Source: an uncultured Piscirickettsiaceae bacterium (lineage in GTDB: Bacteria > Pseudomonadota > Gammaproteobacteria > PS1 > Pseudothioglobaceae). From it: DNA of 43,009 nucleotides. This document shows positions 8,113 to 17,491 of the stretch, piece by piece. The notes under the pieces are model-generated. The model was not told the origin of the DNA, made no database searches, and saw only the letters and a list, made by a program, of their open reading frames with translations. The number at the start of each line of letters is the position of its first letter. Position 1 is the stretch's first letter. The stretch covers positions 1 to 43,009 of the forward strand of contig CAZRUL010000006.1 in NCBI GenBank assembly GCA_964603245.1, in the 5' to 3' direction. A program made the translations under genes and the position numbers.

Positions 8113-9684
8113 ATGGCAAAAGATTTCGACATACCTGCATTACCCACATATTTAGAAATTCCTGAAATTCGCGAAGATGCGATGAAGGGCGACGGGCCGT
8201 TTAAAGCCGTTGCAGAATTTCAAAAACCTTTGGGATTTCCTGGCGAAAAAGCAGACAATTGGCAAGAAATTGCGATTGCAAAAATGGGCGATCTGGCATC
8301 AAAATATCGCTCTGTTCAAGTGTTTTTAGATTCGTGTGTTAAATGTGGTGCTTGCACAGATAAATGTCATTATTTCTTGGGATCGTCTGATCCTAAAAAT
8401 ATGCCTGTGGCGCGTCAGGATTTATTTCGCAGCGTGTATCGTCGTCATTTTACATTTGCGGGCAAATATTTTCCTAAATTAGTTGGCGCAAAAGAATTAG
8501 ACGATGCAATGCTGGATGATTGGTATAACTATTTTCATCAGTGTTCTCAATGTCGCCGTTGCTCGGTGTTTTGTCCTTACGGCATTGACACGGCAGAAAT
8601 TTCAATGGCTGCGCGTGAGGTGATGGATTCCATTAGCGTGGGTCAAAAATATTGCAATCAAATTTTGGGCAAAGCGCTCACAATTGGCAATAATCTGGGT
8701 CTGCCCGAGCCTGCTTTGCGCCATACATTGATGGATCTTGAAGAGGAAATTGAGGAAGAAACAGGGATTGCGGTGAAGTATCCGCTTGATATTAAAGGGG
8801 CGGAAATTTTGTTAATTACACCGTCCGCTGATTATTTTGCTGAGCCACATATTGATGGTTTAATTGGTTATGGCAAGGTATTTCATCAAGATGGCGTGAG
8901 TTGGACGATGAGTTCATATGCCTCCGAAGGGGCAAATTTTGGAATGTTTATCGGCAGTTATGATGTGATGCGCAAGGCTGCGCTGCGGATTCGCAAAGCC
9001 GCACTGGATTTGGAAGTATCGCGCGTAATGGTGGGTGAATGTGGACATGCGTGGCGCGTGGCATATAGTTTTTGGAATACGCTCACGGGTGTGGGGGCTG
9101 GCGCAAGTGATGAGTTTGGGCTGAAATTACAAAATCAATTAGATGGGCGCTATCCTCAGCCTCAGCACATTATTGAATACACGCACGATTTAATTCAGCG
9201 CGGCAAATTAGCCTTTGATAAATCTCAAAATGACGAGCATATCGTGACGTTTCATGATTCGTGTAATGTTGCCAGAGCAACGAATATGGGCGGTATTGAG
9301 GGCGGACAGTTTATTTTGCCGCGCGATGTGATTAAAACCGTTTGCAATCATTATGTGGATATGGAGCGCGACACTATTATGGAATCCACATTTTGTTGTG
9401 GCGGTGGCGGTGGCATACTCACCGATGATTTGATGGAGATTCGAATCAAGGGCGCTATGCCTAGAATGCAAGCACTGAAGACAGTGGAAAAAACCGATGG
9501 GGTGAATACATTGGCTGCCATTTGTGCGATTTGTAAATCCCAATTTAGTAAAGTTTTGCCAAAATTTGATTTTGATCCTTATATGATTGTGAGCGTTCAT
9601 CAGTTAGTGAGCAACGCAATTATTATGGAAAAACCTCAAACACAAAAAACAAATGTAGCGCAAGCTGAAGCAATAGATCAATAG
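8113..9684 (+). CDS. dsrK: HdrD-like iron-sulfur subunit DsrK
   Basis: Has 4Fe-4S motifs CVKCGACTDKC and CSQCRRCSVFCP, and a CCG domain (FCCGGGGG; CAICK). I prefer the ATG at 8113 (aagga SD 9 nt upstream, 1 nt after the dsrM stop) over the TTG at 8095 used by the ORF track. Confidence 0.9.
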   Translation: MAKDFDIPALPTYLEIPEIREDAMKGDGPFKAVAEFQKPLGFPGEKADNWQEIAIAKMGDLASKYRSVQVFLDSCVKCGACTDKCHYFLGSSDPKNMPVARQDLFRSVYRRHFTFAGKYFPKLVGAKELDDAMLDDWYNYFHQCSQCRRCSVFCPYGIDTAEISMAAREVMDSISVGQKYCNQILGKALTIGNNLGLPEPALRHTLMDLEEEIEEETGIAVKYPLDIKGAEILLITPSADYFAEPHIDGLIGYGKVFHQDGVSWTMSSYASEGANFGMFIGSYDVMRKAALRIRKAALDLEVSRVMVGECGHAWRVAYSFWNTLTGVGAGASDEFGLKLQNQLDGRYPQPQHIIEYTHDLIQRGKLAFDKSQNDEHIVTFHDSCNVARATNMGGIEGGQFILPRDVIKTVCNHYVDMERDTIMESTFCCGGGGGILTDDLMEIRIKGAMPRMQALKTVEKTDGVNTLAAICAICKSQFSKVLPKFDFDPYMIVSVHQLVSNAIIMEKPQTQKTNVAQAEAIDQ

Positions 9685-9702
9685 AAGACAGGAGCTAAAA
9701 CA

Positions 9703-11664
9703 ATGCAAAAAAATCCATACGGACAAACTTGGAAAGGCGAAAATCACACCTTTAGAATGTTTAAAGATGAGGGTGATGACACGGGAACCGTGCCGTGGAA
9801 TCAAAAGATTTTTCAAAATGATACCTCGCATAAATGCCCTACTTATGTCGCACAAACGCCGCCGTGTCAAGGCTCTTGCCCCTCTGGGCATAATATTCGT
9901 GGCTGGCTAGATATCGTGCGCGGTATGGAAAAGCCACCAGGCGATGTGTCGTGGCAAGAATATGCCTTTCGTCGTTCTACCGATGCAAATCCATTTCCGT
10001 CCATTATGGGTCGTGTGTGTCCAGCGCCGTGTGAAGATGGTTGTAATCGCAATGAAGTGGAAGACACCGTAGGGATTAACGCGGTTGAGCAGTTTATTGG
10101 CGATACGGCAATGGATGAGGGTTATAAATTTGTGATTAATGCCAAAAATACTGGCAAAAAAGTCGCGATTATCGGTGGCGGTTGTGGCGGTTTAACGGCG
10201 GCCTTGGAGCTGCGTCGCAAAGGTCACAGCGTGACGGTATTTGAAAAATACGACCAATTAGGCGGCATGATGATGTATGGCATTCCTGATTATCGAGTGC
10301 CGCGCGATGTGCTTCAATACGAAATTGATCGGATTTTAGAAACAGGCGTTGAAACCAAACTCGGCACTAAAGTTGGGGTGGATATCACGATTGAAGAAAT
10401 TGAAAAAGAATATGACGCGGTATTGTTTGCAATTGGTGCGATGAGCGGTCGTGCATTGCCTGTGCCAGGTGGTGAAGCGGGGAATTGCGTTTCTGGTGTG
10501 GCGTTTTTGGAGGCCTACAATCAAGGGCGTTTAAAGCACATCACTGGCAAAGTCATTTGTATTGGCGGTGGCGATACGTCTATTGATGTGGTCTCGGTTG
10601 CGCGCCGTTTAGGGCATATAGATCACGTGGCTGATAAAGATCGCCCCGAGCATATTATTTTTAATGACACAGCGCATGACGTGGTAGATACTTCCAAACG
10701 GTTGGGTGCAAAGGTGTTATTAACCACACGTTCTACGGTTGAAAATATGCCCGCGGCACAAGCAGAAATTGATGATGCCACCCGCGAGGGCGTGGAAATT
10801 CAAGGGCAATTACAACCCATAGAAGTGGTGACTGACGCGGAAGGGCGTGCCACTGCATTACGTATGGTGCGTTTAGAAGCAGACGGCAACACACGTATTG
10901 AGGGTTCAGAATTTGACATTGAGTGTGAATTAATCGTTTCTGCGATTGGGCAAAGTGTGGATGGTCAGGGCATCGACAATTCATTTTTTAATGAAAAAGG
11001 TTTTATTGACGCAGATCGCAATTATCAAGTGCCGAACAAACCAGGGTTTTTTGTGTGTGGCGACGTAGTGCGTCCGCATTTATTAACTACGGCAATTGGG
11101 CAGGCAGGTATTGCAGCAGAAAGTATTCACGATTATTTGCTGGGCGCTAAACAGCAATCTCGTCCTAAAGTTGATGTGCATTATTTTGATTTGATGGCAA
11201 AACTTGAAGAATGGGATTTGGCACCTGAGTCTCATAAAAAAGGCAGTTCTGAGGCAGGCACAGACAGTGCTAATTATGCGGTGCATAATTTTGAAGACAG
11301 ATCGTTTGCCTCAATTATTCCGCACACTGAATTATTTTTAGGGCATTTTGATCACGAAGAGCGCAATCAGCGCAATCACAAAATAGTGAATGTAGATAAC
11401 GTTTTGGGAAATTTTGAAGAGCGTTTGATTGGCTATTCTGAAAAAGAAGCACAACAAGAATCGGGTCGCTGTATGTCTTGCGGACTGTGTTTTGAGTGTG
11501 ATAATTGTGTGATGTATTGTCCTCAAGACGCGGTGTTTAAGGTGAAAAAAGATCAGGCAACTTTGGGCAGATATGTGGACACTGATTATGCTAAGTGTAT
11601 CGGTTGTCATATTTGTGCAGACGTTTGTCCGACAGGCTACATTCAAATGGGCTTAGGCGAATAA
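9703..11664 (+). CDS. dsrL: NAD(P)H:acceptor oxidoreductase DsrL (GltD-like with C-terminal ferredoxin domain)
   Basis: 653 aa. Has [35 protein letters not shown] and a C-terminal 2x[4Fe-4S] motif CMSCGLCFECDNCVMYCP...CIGCHICADVCP. Confidence 0.9.
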   Translation: MQKNPYGQTWKGENHTFRMFKDEGDDTGTVPWNQKIFQNDTSHKCPTYVAQTPPCQGSCPSGHNIRGWLDIVRGMEKPPGDVSWQEYAFRRSTDANPFPSIMGRVCPAPCEDGCNRNEVEDTVGINAVEQFIGDTAMDEGYKFVINAKNTGKKVAIIGGGCGGLTAALELRRKGHSVTVFEKYDQLGGMMMYGIPDYRVPRDVLQYEIDRILETGVETKLGTKVGVDITIEEIEKEYDAVLFAIGAMSGRALPVPGGEAGNCVSGVAFLEAYNQGRLKHITGKVICIGGGDTSIDVVSVARRLGHIDHVADKDRPEHIIFNDTAHDVVDTSKRLGAKVLLTTRSTVENMPAAQAEIDDATREGVEIQGQLQPIEVVTDAEGRATALRMVRLEADGNTRIEGSEFDIECELIVSAIGQSVDGQGIDNSFFNEKGFIDADRNYQVPNKPGFFVCGDVVRPHLLTTAIGQAGIAAESIHDYLLGAKQQSRPKVDVHYFDLMAKLEEWDLAPESHKKGSSEAGTDSANYAVHNFEDRSFASIIPHTELFLGHFDHEERNQRNHKIVNVDNVLGNFEERLIGYSEKEAQQESGRCMSCGLCFECDNCVMYCPQDAVFKVKKDQATLGRYVDTDYAKCIGCHICADVCPTGYIQMGLGE

Positions 11665-11674
11665 GAGAGTTGCT

Positions 11675-12067
11675 ATGCGTAGAATATGGATTATTGCTCT
11701 AACTTTTTTGCTGAGTGCGTCTTTGATGAGCAGTGTATTTGCGCATGGCAAAGACACCCATCGCACTGATGGAGTGTCAAAAGCGCAAACAATGATGGAC
11801 GCTAAGAAAAAATATCATCAAGATATTTCCATTATTCGCAAAATGCATCCGAATTTGTTGTTGCATAAACGCGATCAAACCCTGAGACAAGGCGTGCGCA
11901 CTGAGGAAAGCTCACTGAAAGCTTGCATTCAGTGTCATGCGGGCAAATCTAGCACCACTGCTGAATATGTGCCAGTTAATCAAACTGGGCAGTTTTGTTC
12001 CACTTGTCATCAAAAAGTAGCGGTGAGTCTAGATTGTTTCAGTTGTCATCGGACAACACCAGAGTAG
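11675..12067 (+). CDS. dsrJ: Periplasmic triheme cytochrome c DsrJ
   Basis: 130 aa with an N-terminal signal peptide and three CXXCH motifs (CIQCH, CSTCH, CFSCH). Confidence 0.85.
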   Translation: MRRIWIIALTFLLSASLMSSVFAHGKDTHRTDGVSKAQTMMDAKKKYHQDISIIRKMHPNLLLHKRDQTLRQGVRTEESSLKACIQCHAGKSSTTAEYVPVNQTGQFCSTCHQKVAVSLDCFSCHRTTPE

Positions 12068-12078
12068 GATTGATTGAG

Positions 12079-12807
12079 ATGAGCAAAACATTAAATCGGC
12101 GGGATTTTATTAAAACAGGTGCGGCAGTTGTCGGCGTTACCACGATTGCAGGTGGCATCACACTGACCACATTTGCAGCGGATAATAAAAACCCCGTGAC
12201 CAACGCGAAACGCTGGGGGATGCTGATAGACACCAATAAACTCACCGAATCCGACATTGACACAATGGTCAGCGCCTGTCAAAAAGAGCAGGGCTGGGGT
12301 GGCGAGACACATTCCACGGGCGATCAGCGAGCGAGTTGGATTAAAAAATTAAAAGTCAAAGACAAAACCACGGGCAAAATCACAGATCTGCCGTTGATGT
12401 GTCAGCATTGTGCGCAGCCGCCTTGTGTCGATGTTTGTCCGACGAATGCTTCTATGCAACGCGAAGATGGGATTGTGTTGGTTGACAAGCATCTGTGCAT
12501 TGGCTGTCGGTATTGTATGATGGCGTGTCCTTACGATGCGCGCTCATTTGTGCATGAAGATTTAACCAATCAGCGCGAGCATATGCCACGCGGAAAAGGC
12601 ACGGTAGAATCTTGCACTTTGTGTGTGCATAAAGTGGATAAAGGCGAGGCGCCCGCCTGTGTGAATAGCGTGAAAAGCGATGCGGTGATTTTTGGGGATT
12701 TGTATGATGCCAATAGCAAAATCAATCAAACCTTAAAATCGGTGCAAAGCACACAAATTAGAGCCGATTTAAATTTAAATACTGGCGTGCGTTATAGCGG
12801 AATATAG
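12079..12807 (+). CDS. dsrO: Periplasmic iron-sulfur subunit DsrO
   Basis: ATG at 12079 gives MSKTLNRRDFIKTGAAV, a twin-arginine signal. Has several ferredoxin-type Cys clusters (CQHCAQPPCVDVCP; CIGCRYCMMACP; CTLC). The longer track ORF from 11995 overlaps dsrJ. Confidence 0.88.
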   Translation: MSKTLNRRDFIKTGAAVVGVTTIAGGITLTTFAADNKNPVTNAKRWGMLIDTNKLTESDIDTMVSACQKEQGWGGETHSTGDQRASWIKKLKVKDKTTGKITDLPLMCQHCAQPPCVDVCPTNASMQREDGIVLVDKHLCIGCRYCMMACPYDARSFVHEDLTNQREHMPRGKGTVESCTLCVHKVDKGEAPACVNSVKSDAVIFGDLYDANSKINQTLKSVQSTQIRADLNLNTGVRYSGI

Positions 12808-12819
12808 TGGGATTTTTTT

Positions 12820-14025
12820 ATGAGTAATATTCGATTTTTACAAACAGAAGGCAAAAGCACGGGATTTTATGTGCTACTCGCTGGTTTGGGTTTGGGTTTG
12901 CTGGCTGGCTTAGCGTCTGTGTATTATATGGAGCATAATGGTCATTGGGTCACTGGTATGCACAATCGCATCGTTTGGGGAATGCCCCATGTGTTTGCGT
13001 TGTTTCTGATTATTGCCGCCTCGGGCGCGCTCAATGTCGCCTCGATTGCCTCTGTTTTTAACAAAAAAATATACAAACCGTTATCAAGACTGTCGGCATT
13101 ATTGGCATTGGCATTATTGGCAGGCGGTTTGATGGTGTTGGTGTTGGATTTGGGTCGCCCTGATCGGCTGATTGTGGCGATGACAGAATACAATTTCAAG
13201 TCAATTTTTGCTTGGAATATTATTTTATACAATGGATTTTTTGTCGTTGTGGCAGTGTATTTGTGGATGATGTTTGATCGCGGAATGAATAAATATGCGC
13301 GCTATGCGGGCATCGGTGCGTTTATTTGGCGGTTTATTTTGACCACAGGAACGGGCTCTATTTTTGGTTTATTGGTGGCGCGACATAGTTACGATGCGGT
13401 GATTTTGGCACCTAAATTTATTATTATGTCATTTTCGTTTGGTTTGGCGTTTTTTATTTTGGTGCTGATGGCAAGTTATCAATGGACCAATCGTCCGTTG
13501 GGCGATGTGTTGCTGAACAAATTGCGCAATCTATTGGGCGTGTTTATTGTCGGCGTGTTGTATTTTGTGATTGTGTTTCATTTGAGAGATTTTTATTTTG
13601 CTGAAAATGAAAATATTCGTCAGGCTTTATTTTCTGCGGACAGTCCGTTTTTTGCGCTGTTTTGGTACGGTCAAATATTATTGGGATCGCTGGTGCCTTT
13701 ATTTTTGTTGTATTATCCCGCGTTTAAAAATAATCGTCCGATGTTAGGATTGGCAGCTGTATTGGTGATTTTGGGCGGTTTGTTTCAATTATATGTGCTG
13801 ATTATTGGCGGTCAGGCAGTGCCATTTGAGTTATTTCCAGGGCAAGAAATTATTGAAGGCTATCGCGGTTTAGCCACGTATTCGGCATCTTGGGCTGAAA
13901 TTTTACTCGGCGTTAGTGGCATTGCTTTGGCGTTGATGATGGTTACTTTGCTGGTGAAATTTTTACCATTTCTGCCTGAGAATTTGTCCGATTCGGTGGC
14001 TGACCCGCATTATAAAAAGCAATAG
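12820..14025 (+). CDS. dsrP: Integral membrane subunit DsrP (NrfD/PsrC family)
   Basis: 401 aa, about 10 hydrophobic helices, immediately after dsrO as in canonical dsrMKJOP. Confidence 0.85.
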   Translation: MSNIRFLQTEGKSTGFYVLLAGLGLGLLAGLASVYYMEHNGHWVTGMHNRIVWGMPHVFALFLIIAASGALNVASIASVFNKKIYKPLSRLSALLALALLAGGLMVLVLDLGRPDRLIVAMTEYNFKSIFAWNIILYNGFFVVVAVYLWMMFDRGMNKYARYAGIGAFIWRFILTTGTGSIFGLLVARHSYDAVILAPKFIIMSFSFGLAFFILVLMASYQWTNRPLGDVLLNKLRNLLGVFIVGVLYFVIVFHLRDFYFAENENIRQALFSADSPFFALFWYGQILLGSLVPLFLLYYPAFKNNRPMLGLAAVLVILGGLFQLYVLIIGGQAVPFELFPGQEIIEGYRGLATYSASWAEILLGVSGIALALMMVTLLVKFLPFLPENLSDSVADPHYKKQ

Positions 14026-14051
14026 TCTTTTTTGTTTTTTTGAGTTTTTAA

Positions 14052-15533
14052 ATGACAACACAGGTGCGCCGAGCGATTTATATCTCAGCAGCGCATAAAT
14101 CCTCAGGCAAAACCTTGGTAAGTTTGGGGCTGTGCGCCGCACTCAGACAACCCAATTTTTCAGTTCAGCCTTTTAAAAAAGGCCCCGATTATATTGATCC
14201 GATTTGGCTGTCTCAGGCCAGTGGCAATCCCTGTTACAATCTTGATTTCTACACGATGAGCCAGCGCGAAATTGTGGATTTGTATCAACAACAATCCGCC
14301 GCCTGCGACCTCAGTTTGATTGAGGGCAATAAAGGTTTGTTTGATGGATTGTCAATCACGGGCGGCGATGCGAACGCTGATTTGGCAAAATTGTTGAATG
14401 TTTCCGTGGTGTTGGTGCTGGATGCCAGTGGCATTACCCGAGGCATAGCGCCGCTGATTAACGGTTATCAGGCATTTGATAGTGCGCTCAATATTGCGGG
14501 CGTGATTCTCAATAAAGTAGCGGGCAATCGGCATCAATCCAAACTCGTGCAAGCCATTGAATATTATACTGATGTGCGTGTTTTGGGTGCGATTCGGCGC
14601 TCGGACGGGCTCAAAATTGACGAACGTCATTTGGGCTTAAAACCTGCGAATGAATGCGTTCAATCGCAATTATTGATTGACACAGTGGCGGCTCAGGTGA
14701 GTGATCAAGTGGATTTATCTAGCATTGTCAGTTTGAGCCAACATTCAGCCAAAAATCAGCCATCAGTGCAAACTCTGAATTCAGCCAAAAATTCAAATCC
14801 AAATCCAAATTCAGGGAAAAATCTGGCATCAGTTCAACCTCAAAATCCAACACTCAAGCACGCACGCGCAGTGATTGAAAGCGCACACATTACGCCCAAA
14901 ACCCTAAAAGTTGCACTCATCAAAGACAGCGCATTTGGTTTTTATTATCCAGATGATTTGGCGGCGTTCGGTGCTTTAGGGGTGGAGATTGTGACGGTTG
15001 ATGCGTTTAAAGACAGTGCTTTGCCAGCGGTGGATGGGTTGTTTATTGGCGGTGGTTTTCCAGAGATGCATTTGGCAAAATTGGCAGCGAATCAAACCTT
15101 GCTAGCGGATATTAAAACCCAAATCAAATCAGGTTTGCCCACGTATGCCGAGTGTGGCGGTTTGATGTATTTAACGCGCAAGATTACTCGTCAGCACGAT
15201 TCTTATCCGATGGCGGGCGTGATTGAGGCTGACACAGTGCTGAGCAAAACCCCGATTGGGCGCGGTTATGTGCAATTAGAGCCGAGTGAAAATCACCCGT
15301 GGAATGTTGCAACTCAGTGTATTTATGCTCACGAATTTCATTATTCAACGCTTGAAAATATCAGTCCAAACACCCAATATGCTTACCGAGTTTTGCGTGG
15401 CACGGGCGTGGATGGTCGCCACGACGGCATTATTATTGATAATTTGCTGGCCTCTTACACCCATTTACGCCACGTGGCGCACAATCCGTGGGTGAGTCAA
15501 TTTGTTCATTTTATGAGAAAACACACACGATGA
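14052..15533 (+). CDS. dsrN: Siroheme amidase DsrN (cobyrinic acid a,c-diamide synthase family)
   Basis: 493 aa. N-terminal P-loop AAHKSSGKT and CobB/CbiA-like body. C-terminal glutamine amidotransferase region with the YAECGGLMYL nucleophile motif. A low-complexity linker lies between the domains. Confidence 0.85.
   Translation: MTTQVRRAIYISAAHKSSGKTLVSLGLCAALRQPNFSVQPFKKGPDYIDPIWLSQASGNPCYNLDFYTMSQREIVDLYQQQSAACDLSLIEGNKGLFDGLSITGGDANADLAKLLNVSVVLVLDASGITRGIAPLINGYQAFDSALNIAGVILNKVAGNRHQSKLVQAIEYYTDVRVLGAIRRSDGLKIDERHLGLKPANECVQSQLLIDTVAAQVSDQVDLSSIVSLSQHSAKNQPSVQTLNSAKNSNPNPNSGKNLASVQPQNPTLKHARAVIESAHITPKTLKVALIKDSAFGFYYPDDLAAFGALGVEIVTVDAFKDSALPAVDGLFIGGGFPEMHLAKLAANQTLLADIKTQIKSGLPTYAECGGLMYLTRKITRQHDSYPMAGVIEADTVLSKTPIGRGYVQLEPSENHPWNVATQCIYAHEFHYSTLENISPNTQYAYRVLRGTGVDGRHDGIIIDNLLASYTHLRHVAHNPWVSQFVHFMRKHTR
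14743..14814 (+). repeat. In-frame A+C-rich simple-sequence repeats inside dsrN
   Basis: The 14-mer attcagccaaaaat occurs at 14743-14756 and 14779-14792, exactly 36 nt (12 codons) apart. This is followed by the hexamer array caaatc-caaatc-caaatt (14794-14811). The region encodes SAKNQPSVQTLNSAKNSNPNPNSG. Confidence 0.9.
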
Positions 15534-15859
15534 TTACAATCACTAAACGCGCGGTTGAAGAGATTCAATTATCCACCCACAATCCAGACACCGAAGGGCT
15601 GCTGATTCGCTTTTCAGTGGATCAAACCGAGCAGGGATTTCGCTATTTGATGGGCTTTGACGAGCGTGCGGAAAACGACATTCATTTGGCATCCAATGGG
15701 GTGGAATATATTATTGCTTACGCGCAAAAAGCGTTGCTCGAAGGAATGGTGGTGGATTACGATGAAATCAACCCAGAGCACGATTACGGGTTTATATTTA
15801 TGAATCCAAATGATCCTGATTATCAGCCGCCAGCGCAGGATTTTGCACCCAAAAAATAA
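15530..15859 (+). CDS. dsrR: IscA/HesB-like protein DsrR (no cysteines)
   Basis: ATG at 15530 overlaps the dsrN stop (ATGA). The 109-aa product MITITKRAVEEI... has A-type scaffold-like sequence but contains no Cys at all, as described for DsrR. Positioned after dsrN. Confidence 0.75.
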   Translation: MITITKRAVEEIQLSTHNPDTEGLLIRFSVDQTEQGFRYLMGFDERAENDIHLASNGVEYIIAYAQKALLEGMVVDYDEINPEHDYGFIFMNPNDPDYQPPAQDFAPKK

Positions 15860-15889
15860 CGGTTGAAAACAAAATTTCGGGTTTTCGGG

Positions 15890-17044
15890 TTAGCGATAAT
15901 AATCCAAAATACCCCGATAAATAGCTTCAGCGATTTTGTTTTGTTCGCGGGGATTGTTGAGTCGGCGCTCTTCATTTGGGTTAGAAATAAACGCAGTTTC
16001 TACTAAAACAGACGGAATGGCAGGCGTTTTGAGCACGAGAAATCCTGCTTTTTGCGGTCTCTTTTTGTGCAAATGCCCGATTTTCCCCATTCTTTTCAAA
16101 ATCGTTTTAGCGAGTTTTTGGCTTTGAATGTCGCGATCTTTTCTGGAAAAATCCCACAAAATTTGATTTAAAAATTTATCGCCCTCAACCCAAGATTTCA
16201 CCCCGCCAAATTGATCCGCGGTATTTTCTGAGCGCTCCAATTGTTTGGCAAATTTGGTGGAGCCTCCTTTGGCGGACAAAGTGTAGACCGATGCACCCCG
16301 AGCACCACGGCGTTTGACCGAGTCGGCGTGAATTGAAATAAATACCGAGGCGTGATGCGCTTGTGCAATCCGAATGCGTTTGGACAGCGGCACATAATAA
16401 TTGCCTGTGCGCGTTAAAACTGCTTTCATTCCAGCGGTTTGATTGATTTTTTTGGCGAGTTTTTTGGCGATTTTTAAGGTAATGTGTTTTTCTTTGGATT
16501 TTTTGTAGCCAATCGCCCCTGGGTCTTCGCCGCCGTGTCCCGCGTCAATCAAAATGATTTTTTTCAAACTGCGTTTTGCCGAGATTCTTTTGTAAATTTT
16601 GCTGATATTTTGGGTTTTGCGATCCACTACGTCAATCACCAGCCGATGGTGTTTGTATTTTGCGTTGGGTTTGAGCGTGAAACTTTTAATTTGATAATCC
16701 CGATGCGTTCTAAAAAATATATGCAGCTGATTTTTGACGCGCTGAATGTGCGTTTTGCGAATCCGTTTGTCTTTGTAAAATATTTTTTTGTAGGTGCGAT
16801 TGAGTAATTTTGCGCGCCAAATTGAAAGATCAATTTTGTGTTTGCTGGTGGTTAATTTGTATTGAATGCCGCGCTCAACGTCAATCACAATGCGGGTGTG
16901 ATCGGGCGCTGTCCAAAACCGAAAATCGTATAAAGTGGTTTTATTGTCCGCATACGCTGCGCTAAATGTGGCAACGCTGAGCAAAAATAAGCCGAGTTTG
17001 ATCGCAGGTTTGATTGAATATTTGATTAAAAGTTTGAGAGACAT
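15890..17044 (-). CDS. amiB: N-acetylmuramoyl-L-alanine amidase with N-terminal AMIN domain
   Basis: 384 aa. Has a signal peptide, an AMIN-like FRFWTAPDHTRIVIDV and an Amidase_3 core (IILIDAGHGGEDPGA...SIHADS...ETAFISN). The conserved tsaE-amiB arrangement supports amiB, though amiC cannot be excluded. Confidence 0.82.
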   Translation of the reverse strand: MSLKLLIKYSIKPAIKLGLFLLSVATFSAAYADNKTTLYDFRFWTAPDHTRIVIDVERGIQYKLTTSKHKIDLSIWRAKLLNRTYKKIFYKDKRIRKTHIQRVKNQLHIFFRTHRDYQIKSFTLKPNAKYKHHRLVIDVVDRKTQNISKIYKRISAKRSLKKIILIDAGHGGEDPGAIGYKKSKEKHITLKIAKKLAKKINQTAGMKAVLTRTGNYYVPLSKRIRIAQAHHASVFISIHADSVKRRGARGASVYTLSAKGGSTKFAKQLERSENTADQFGGVKSWVEGDKFLNQILWDFSRKDRDIQSQKLAKTILKRMGKIGHLHKKRPQKAGFLVLKTPAIPSVLVETAFISNPNEERRLNNPREQNKIAEAIYRGILDYYR

Positions 17045-17487
17045 TTGAGTAATGTTTTGCCAGTTTGGTTGTGCGCCGTCAGTTTGGCAATTCGTGTGTC
17101 AAAATCGCCGTCCAGCATAATGTTGAGATCAGCTGCGGCAATCATTCCGCGCCCAAGATTTGCCCATTCAATCAGCTGAATGTCTGCGTTGGCATAATCG
17201 CGAATGCCGATGTAGTTGAGTTCTTCGGGATTGGAGAGCCGATAACAATCAAAATGATGAATTTGAATGGCCGCGTTTTGATAGCTTTCCACCAAAGAAT
17301 ACGTGGGGCTTTTGACTTTATCAAATCCAAAATAGCGAATAATTCCCCGTGCCAGCGTGGTTTTTCCCGCGCCCAAATCGCCACTGAGATAAATCACAAC
17401 GGGCGTGTTGAGACGCTCACAACAACGCGCCAATTGTTTGCCAAAATCCATCGTTTGATTTGCGTCATTGAGCGAGATTTGCCACAT
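17026..17487 (-). CDS. tsaE: tRNA t6A37 biosynthesis ATPase TsaE
   Basis: 153 aa. Walker A GDLGAGKTTLARGI followed by SPTYSL and HFDCYRL motifs typical of YjeE/TsaE. Overlaps amiB by 19 nt. Confidence 0.88.
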   Translation of the reverse strand: MWQISLNDANQTMDFGKQLARCCERLNTPVVIYLSGDLGAGKTTLARGIIRYFGFDKVKSPTYSLVESYQNAAIQIHHFDCYRLSNPEELNYIGIRDYANADIQLIEWANLGRGMIAAADLNIMLDGDFDTRIAKLTAHNQTGKTLLKCLSNF

Positions 17488-17491
17488 TTTA

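Noticed and set aside
11995-12078. N-terminal extensions in the ORF track: dsrO from 11995, dsrF from 6023, dsrR from 15488, folD from 29994, rplS to 1537, the antiporter to 18511, the DUF72-like ORF from 18485, and bioF to 34940.
   Set aside because: The extensions overlap the preceding gene or add residues with no counterpart in the family. Internal starts restore canonical N-termini (the Tat signal for DsrO, IIDGK for FolD and so on) and give tight start/stop coupling.
15560-15580. DnaA-box-like 9-mers (for example ttatccacc near 15565, gtggataaa near 12633 and 38426) as a hint of a replication origin.
   Set aside because: They are isolated, imperfect, intragenic and not clustered, and there is no adjacent AT-rich unwinding element or dnaA/dnaN context.
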